Part shown: positions 58,652 through 64,000 of the stretch, piece after piece
Layout: each line of letters starts with the position of its first letter
How positions within the stretch are numbered: the stretch's first letter is position 1
Source: Acidimicrobiia bacterium
Lineage (GTDB): Bacteria > Actinomycetota > Acidimicrobiia > Acidimicrobiales > SHLQ01
Length of the DNA: 64,000 nucleotides
Reading direction: 5' to 3'
NCBI GenBank assembly: GCA_033344795.1
Contig: JAWPMS010000001.1
Location: 4,488,966-4,552,965 of the forward strand
Program-made: the position numbers and the translations under genes
Notes under the pieces: generated by a model
Told to the model about the DNA's origin: nothing
Database searches by the model: none
Seen by the model: the letters and a program-made list of their open reading frames with translations, nothing else

Positions 58652-58817
58652 GATGTTGTCCTTTCGGTCTGTGTATCGATGACTCTGCGCCATTCGGTGC
58701 TCGGGCACATCCGGAACTCCTACGTAGTTTCGAATCGCGGGTACCGAGATCTCGGTATCCGCCGCCACGTGAGCCGGTTTACTCAACACGACGTCCGAAA
58801 TCGTCGATAATCAGAGA

Positions 58818-59252
58818 ATGGAATTGCTCGATATCAACGGAGTTGGGCCGGCCACCGCCGAACTGTTGACCGAAGCGGGGTTGGCCACGGTGACCTCGGT
58901 CGCCGACGCAGACGCAGAAACGCTGGCGAACATCCGAGGAATCGGGCAAGTGAGCGCTGCGTCGATCAAGGCAGACGCAGCTCGACTGCTCGGCACGGAT
59001 GTATCGGAGCCTGCCGAAGACGGCAGTGGCGCGGCCGAAGATGTCAGCACGCCAGAATCGAAGCACGAGCGCCGGGTGAAAGACCTGCGCAAGCGAGCCA
59101 AAAAGCTTCAAAAACAAGCCAAAAGCCAGGCGGCGAAAGCCAAGGCGGCAAGCTCAAAAAAGAAGCGCAAACGGCTCAAGAACAAGGCGGCCCAGCTCGA
59201 CGCAGCGGCCAAGAAAGCTCGTCGCAAAGCCAAGAAGCTGCTCGCCAAGTGA
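58818..59252 (+). CDS. Helix-hairpin-helix protein with Lys/Ala-rich tail
   Basis: INGVGPATA, IRGIGQ; strongly basic C-terminal half. Confidence 0.82.
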   Translation: MELLDINGVGPATAELLTEAGLATVTSVADADAETLANIRGIGQVSAASIKADAARLLGTDVSEPAEDGSGAAEDVSTPESKHERRVKDLRKRAKKLQKQAKSQAAKAKAASSKKKRKRLKNKAAQLDAAAKKARRKAKKLLAK

Positions 59253-59325
59253 CAGCAACAGACCCCTCACAGACGGCAACTAGCTCCAACGCTTGACGCG
59301 TCAGCTCACCTACCGAATGGAGAGA

Positions 59326-60537
59326 ATGAGGTCTACATCCGCTCTCCTCGCCACAGCGCTGCTCATTGGGGCATGCGCTTCGCCTTCCGAGCCAGTTATC
59401 GAAGAGGCTGGATCGACTGCCGCGACGCTGCCTTCGCCTCAGACGACTCGGTCCACTGAAACGCCAGAATCTATGAGCTCTATCCAGGCTGAGCCTGTCA
59501 CTGAAAGGTCGGCCGGGGCCGTTCTCAATGCACTCGCGTCGATCGAGGATGAATATGACGCAAAGACCGCCCACTCACTTGCTGAGCTTGTCGACCTGCC
59601 CACGTTCGGCGCCATAGAGACCAACACCGGATACGTGGGAATCGGGGCGCACTCGACTCACGGAGAGCCACGGCTCGTAGAGAGCGACGACGGACTTACG
59701 TGGCACGGTCGCACTGAACTCGACGGTTTGCCGGCAGGAGCACGAGGCCCCTTCGTCCTCACTCGATTGGAGGGCGAAATGATATTGTACGGGTTCGCCA
59801 ATCACCGCAGCGATGAGACCCGCTCAAGGACCTTTCTGGCAGTGTCATCAGACGGAGCGTCGTGGCGCGACCTCGACGTCGATATCACCTTGACGATGGA
59901 TCGGAATGGTCCGCGTCAAACCTTCGTAGCTGCTGCCGACGGATCGATCGCTGCCTTTGCTGGCCCTCTTGCTGATCCGACCGAGGATGCCGCGTACGCC
60001 GCGTATGCCTACCGTCCCGGCGCAGAATTGCCTTTTCTACTAAAGAGCACATCACGCGAGCTCGTCACGGCCGTCAGAGCCCTCGAAGACGATGTGCTCT
60101 CCTACTGGATTACAGACGCAGACCAGGCGAGGGTTGAGCGCGTCAGCGACGGAACCGTTAGCGACTATGTGGGCGAGTTACCGACTTCCGTGAGCGGCAA
60201 CCTTCTCCATCGACAAAGCGGCCAATACACGATCAGCTCGGACGGTGGCGCAAACTACTTTCCCGTCGAAGGGCCCGACACTCTCACTTGGTTACAGGGG
60301 ACGTTCACACAATACGGGGCTGTGGGTGTCGCACAGTCGGTGGGAAGCGATGCTGCGCACTTCGAAGCGAGTGAGGGTGGCGAGGCGTGGCACCACGTGG
60401 TACTGCCACCGACTACTCACATGATCAGGCCGGTATCTATTGGTCCTCGCGGAATCCTCCTCTTGATCACGCTCTCGAAAGGCGTTGGCGATCTCGTTGC
60501 GTCCATCCCATGGACCGCCCTCGCCGCGTCAGGTTGA
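59326..60537 (+). CDS. Putative lipoprotein
   Basis: Lipobox IGAC; SxDGxxW BNR-like repeats; start uncertain. Confidence 0.65.
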   Translation: MRSTSALLATALLIGACASPSEPVIEEAGSTAATLPSPQTTRSTETPESMSSIQAEPVTERSAGAVLNALASIEDEYDAKTAHSLAELVDLPTFGAIETNTGYVGIGAHSTHGEPRLVESDDGLTWHGRTELDGLPAGARGPFVLTRLEGEMILYGFANHRSDETRSRTFLAVSSDGASWRDLDVDITLTMDRNGPRQTFVAAADGSIAAFAGPLADPTEDAAYAAYAYRPGAELPFLLKSTSRELVTAVRALEDDVLSYWITDADQARVERVSDGTVSDYVGELPTSVSGNLLHRQSGQYTISSDGGANYFPVEGPDTLTWLQGTFTQYGAVGVAQSVGSDAAHFEASEGGEAWHHVVLPPTTHMIRPVSIGPRGILLLITLSKGVGDLVASIPWTALAASG

Positions 60538-60580
60538 ACCAGGGGCCCACGAGACTCACACGCTCTTCTCCGTGGCGTAT

Positions 60581-61279
60581 TCAGCCCTCGAGAATTTTCA
60601 AGACCTGGTCACTCGGCATTACCCAGGCAATCGACCGGGCCATCAGCTCGAGGGCCATCTCGTGACTGTCCTCGCCGCGCATGCTCGCAACACAATCTGA
60701 CAGCACGACCGGCGTGTACCCGAGGTTCGCTGCGGTGAACGTGGTCGAGTAGACACATGTATCGGTATTGATGCCGCTCAGCAGCACGTTCTTCGCCTTG
60801 TACGTGCGCAGCAGCAAGAACTCAAGATCGGTCCCGCTGAAACTGTCGAGACTCTTCTTCGTGGTCACGTGCACGTCGCTCGGCTCGACCAGCATCGCCG
60901 GAACCTCGGACTCTGGAGAGCCGACCACCCGATCACCACGCGTTCGGGTAGGCAGATGTGGCGCCTGCGATGCGTTCAGATCTCGGCCCACGATGTTGTA
61001 CGCGAGCCCTCCGGTGTGAATACCAGCGTCGAGTTCTTCTTGGCGACGCGTGACGTACGCATGGATCACCGGAATCCCCATCGCTCGACACCTGTCGAGG
61101 AACATCTTCGAAGACGACAACACCCGATCAGCGGCCTCTTGCTCGACCACAGCCTGGCCGACCGATGCGTCGAGATACTCCCGCTGCATGTCGACCGTGA
61201 GAGCGACGGTCTCCGATGGGTCGAGGCTGAGCGCCTCATTCATCGTCTGCTTGAAGCTCGACGTGTCACGAATTTCCAT
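60581..61279 (-). CDS. Isochorismatase-family cysteine hydrolase
   Basis: VDMQ, KKSLDSF, GINTDTCV. Confidence 0.9.
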   Translation of the reverse strand: MEIRDTSSFKQTMNEALSLDPSETVALTVDMQREYLDASVGQAVVEQEAADRVLSSSKMFLDRCRAMGIPVIHAYVTRRQEELDAGIHTGGLAYNIVGRDLNASQAPHLPTRTRGDRVVGSPESEVPAMLVEPSDVHVTTKKSLDSFSGTDLEFLLLRTYKAKNVLLSGINTDTCVYSTTFTAANLGYTPVVLSDCVASMRGEDSHEMALELMARSIAWVMPSDQVLKILEG

Positions 61280-61313
61280 TGGGCCCTCTTTCGATCGTGC
61301 GCCTTGGGCCAAC

Positions 61314-62336
61314 TTAGCCCGCCAGCTCCATCGCCAACCTGAGATTCGCTGGGTCTGGTTCGAGCTCGCCGGAATGAATCCGTCTCGTCACTTCGACCAT
61401 CGCCGCGTTCGCTGGCGCACTCATGCCTCGTTTGACACTCTCCTCGACGATCAAACCATTGATCCCGTCGACTTCGCTCAGCCGACCCTTCAGGTGATCT
61501 TGCAGGGTCGTGTTGGCTCCCCGTTTCGGGCCGATATCTCGGTTGAGTTTGTCGATGAACTTCTGCAATAGCTCGTCCGACGCTCCGAGATCCTCGAGCT
61601 CGAGACCGAACAGAGGCACCACCGGATGCCCAAGCGCCTCCCCAACCGCGAGCGACTCATGGCCAAGCCGCATCATCAACTCGCGCATCGCCACCGGCTG
61701 TTCGTCGGCAAGGTCGCCACCGACCATCGCCATCGTGCCGAGCGTCATCGAGTTGACGACCAGCTTCATGAACTTCGCCGCGAGGATGTCGTCTACGAAA
61801 TCGACCGTGCCCGCATGCTCGAGCACGGCCGCCACCTCGACCTCCCTGCCCTCGGTCGAAGGATCGAAACTCCCGAGGCCAAACCAGGTGCGCTCGGGCG
61901 CCGTGTTTCGTTTGATCTCGGCGGGCGTAAAACAATACGAGGACAACTCGGCAACACAGCCGAGCGTTCGCGACGCTCCGACCACATCGGCGATCGTGCC
62001 AGCGGTCATGCCGTTCTGCACACCGATCAGGAACCCATCGTCGGCCAGGTAGGGCTTGATCAACTCGGCATGCCAACGCGTGTCGTAGGCCTTGGACAAC
62101 AAGAACACGACATCGAACACCTGGTTCATCGACGCGAGCTCACACAGGTGATGGGCCCGAACGTCCGCGTGGATCTCGCCTTCACGCAGCGTGATGTGCA
62201 ATCCGTTGGCCCGCATCGCCTCGACGTGTGCGGGCCACTGATCGATGAGCACGACGTCGAGCCCAGCGTTCGTGAGATCGGCGGCGATGCAACTGCCGTT
62301 GGCGCCCGTACCGAGCACCGCGATCTTCTTGTCCAT
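61314..62336 (-). CDS. Ketopantoate reductase (PanE/ApbA)-like oxidoreductase
   Basis: GTGANG, KAYD, QNG, KLVVN, SEVDGING. Confidence 0.88.
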   Translation of the reverse strand: MDKKIAVLGTGANGSCIAADLTNAGLDVVLIDQWPAHVEAMRANGLHITLREGEIHADVRAHHLCELASMNQVFDVVFLLSKAYDTRWHAELIKPYLADDGFLIGVQNGMTAGTIADVVGASRTLGCVAELSSYCFTPAEIKRNTAPERTWFGLGSFDPSTEGREVEVAAVLEHAGTVDFVDDILAAKFMKLVVNSMTLGTMAMVGGDLADEQPVAMRELMMRLGHESLAVGEALGHPVVPLFGLELEDLGASDELLQKFIDKLNRDIGPKRGANTTLQDHLKGRLSEVDGINGLIVEESVKRGMSAPANAAMVEVTRRIHSGELEPDPANLRLAMELAG

Positions 62337-62345
62337 GCTCTCTCC

Positions 62346-63383
62346 TTACACGCTCTCCGGGGCAAGCTCCGCGAGAAGTACCTCGAGGTTGGAGCGGCCT
62401 CGATCGCGTTCGCCCCGTTCGATCTCCATCGCCAGCTTGATCATCGCTTCATTGACGGGCGCGGCACCTGTGGGCAGCGCCGCCACGACCGGCCCATGAA
62501 TCTCGTTCACCTCGCTGTGCCGACCTCGAATCCAATCCTGCAGCACGGTCGAGCGAGTCGTTTCGAGGACGAAGTCATCCATGAGCTTCTCGAGCAGGGT
62601 GATCACATACTGATGGGGCCGCGCCCGATCGATGTCGTCCAAACCAAAGATGGGGACGATCTCATGGCCCGCGGCAAGACCGGCGTCGATCGCTTCGTTT
62701 CCCGCCCTGATCATCAGCTCGCGCATCTGCGGGACCTGCGACGCGCCCGGGATCGACATGTCCAACACGGCCGACGGCACCAGCTCGACCGCGTTGATCA
62801 CGAGCTTCATCCACTTCGCCGAACGGATGTCGTACACGACCTCGACCTCGCCGACATGGCGCATGAGATCAGCAACTTCGAGCAATCTCGGGGTGACCTC
62901 TCCGTCATCGGTGCCCACACCGAACCACGAACGAGCGTGCGGCGACTGCCGCTCGACAAACCCCGGTTCGAGCATCGTCGACGAAACCTCGATGACCGAT
63001 CCGATCGAGCGGTCAGCACCCATGATGTCGATGATGTCGTCGAAGGTCATTCCATTTTGCACCCCAACCACAACACCGTCGTCGGCGACGTGCGGCTTGA
63101 TCAGCTCGCACCCCCAACGCGTGTCGTAGGCCTTGAGCAGCAGAAACACGATGTCGAACGGCTCGGTGAGCGTCGCGACATCACACAGGTGCAGCATGTT
63201 GTCGACCTGCGTGACGACCGTGCCCTCCTCCTCGATGTCGATCGTGATGCCGTCGGCACGAATCTTCTCGACGTGCTCAGGCCATTGCTCGATGCACGTC
63301 ACATCGTGGCCAGCCAAGATCAGGTCCGAAGCAAATACCGAGCCGTTGGCTCCCGTGCCGAGAATGGCGATTCGAGGTCCCAT
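62346..63383 (-). CDS. Ketopantoate reductase (PanE/ApbA)-like oxidoreductase, paralogue
   Basis: GTGANG, KAYD, QNG, KLVIN, SEVNEIHG. Confidence 0.88.
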   Translation of the reverse strand: MGPRIAILGTGANGSVFASDLILAGHDVTCIEQWPEHVEKIRADGITIDIEEEGTVVTQVDNMLHLCDVATLTEPFDIVFLLLKAYDTRWGCELIKPHVADDGVVVGVQNGMTFDDIIDIMGADRSIGSVIEVSSTMLEPGFVERQSPHARSWFGVGTDDGEVTPRLLEVADLMRHVGEVEVVYDIRSAKWMKLVINAVELVPSAVLDMSIPGASQVPQMRELMIRAGNEAIDAGLAAGHEIVPIFGLDDIDRARPHQYVITLLEKLMDDFVLETTRSTVLQDWIRGRHSEVNEIHGPVVAALPTGAAPVNEAMIKLAMEIERGERDRGRSNLEVLLAELAPESV

Positions 63384-63406
63384 TTGTGCCCTGGGTTTCA
63401 GCGTCG

Positions 63407-64000
63407 CTATTTCCGTTCGAGACCAGCGCTGGTTTCGAGATAACGCAACAGAGCTGCTGCGTCGAGATCACCGAACCCAGCATCCTTCGTCGCCTCATAC
63501 ACCGGCACGGTGGTGTCGAGCAACGGAGTCGGCGCTCCAACACTCCGAGCAAACGCCTGGATGATGCCTGCGTCCTTGAGGATCGTGGTCAGCTTGGCCG
63601 ACGGAGGCTCGTACGTGTCCGTAGCCATCATCGGACCTCGGATCTCGAAGATTCGTGAAGACCCCACGCCGTCCGCGATCACTTCCTGCACGGTCTCGGG
63701 GTCCATTCCCGCCGCAATCCCAAGTGCATGGGCCTCGGCGCTCGACAGGTTGTGGATCGCCACCAAGAGGTTGGCGATGAACTTCATCACCGAACCGTTG
63801 GGGAATGGCCCAAGGAAGTATGTGGCCCGACCAACGGTGTCGAAAACGTTGCTTGTGCGAGCGAACGCCTCGGGTGTGCCCGAAGCCATCACGACCAGCG
63901 TGCCATCTTCGGCCTGGAGCCCGGTGCCGCTCACCGGGACGTCCATCAGCTCGACCCCGACTTCGGCCAGCCGATCATGGGAAGCCTGCTTCGACTCGAT
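63407..64000 (-). CDS. 3-hydroxyisobutyrate dehydrogenase-family oxidoreductase, 5'-truncated
   Basis: DVPVSG, MKFIANLL, KD; frame open to the window edge. Confidence 0.88.
   Translation of the reverse strand: MESKQASHDRLAEVGVELMDVPVSGTGLQAEDGTLVVMASGTPEAFARTSNVFDTVGRATYFLGPFPNGSVMKFIANLLVAIHNLSSAEAHALGIAAGMDPETVQEVIADGVGSSRIFEIRGPMMATDTYEPPSAKLTTILKDAGIIQAFARSVGAPTPLLDTTVPVYEATKDAGFGDLDAAALLRYLETSAGLERK

Noticed and set aside
58652-58817. SAM or cobalamin riboswitch before the homocysteine methyltransferase
   Set aside because: No recognisable consensus elements; an Infernal/Rfam scan would settle it.
61626-63443. 605-aa + strand ORF
   Set aside because: Antisense to two clear PanE-like genes.

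Overview
High-GC, gene-dense bacterial window, most consistent with an actinobacterium (tuf3-like EF-Tu, SARP/BTAD and LuxR-ATPase regulators, DUF4262 proteins, apparently leaderless genes); class Acidimicrobiia is a guess. No rRNA, tRNA, CRISPR array, integrase or transposase was recognised. All family calls are by-eye motif recognition, not database hits. The main accessory block is an ~18.5 kb defence-type island (~14.1-32.6 kb). It contains a TM0106-type nuclease-helicase paired with a coiled-coil PD-(D/E)XK protein, an unrecognised translationally coupled four-gene operon (PemK/MazF-like, sigma-factor-like, PemK-like fusion, DUF3696-type ABC ATPase), a complete type I R-M system, a four-zinc-ribbon GIY-YIG-like protein and an McrA-like HNH nuclease. 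Other highlights: (1) a divergent EF-Tu with substitutions at antibiotic-resistance positions, behind an unannotated 25-codon uORF and alternative hairpins; (2) seven intergenic copies of a TGTCA-N-N10-(-10 box) motif resembling the PafBC DNA-damage promoter, in front of uncharacterised genes. The remainder is a two-component system, methyltransferases, ABC transporters, fadIJ, ECF sigma modules, two VapBC pairs, an acetoin-dehydrogenase-like cluster and a catabolic operon with tandem ketopantoate-reductase-like genes.
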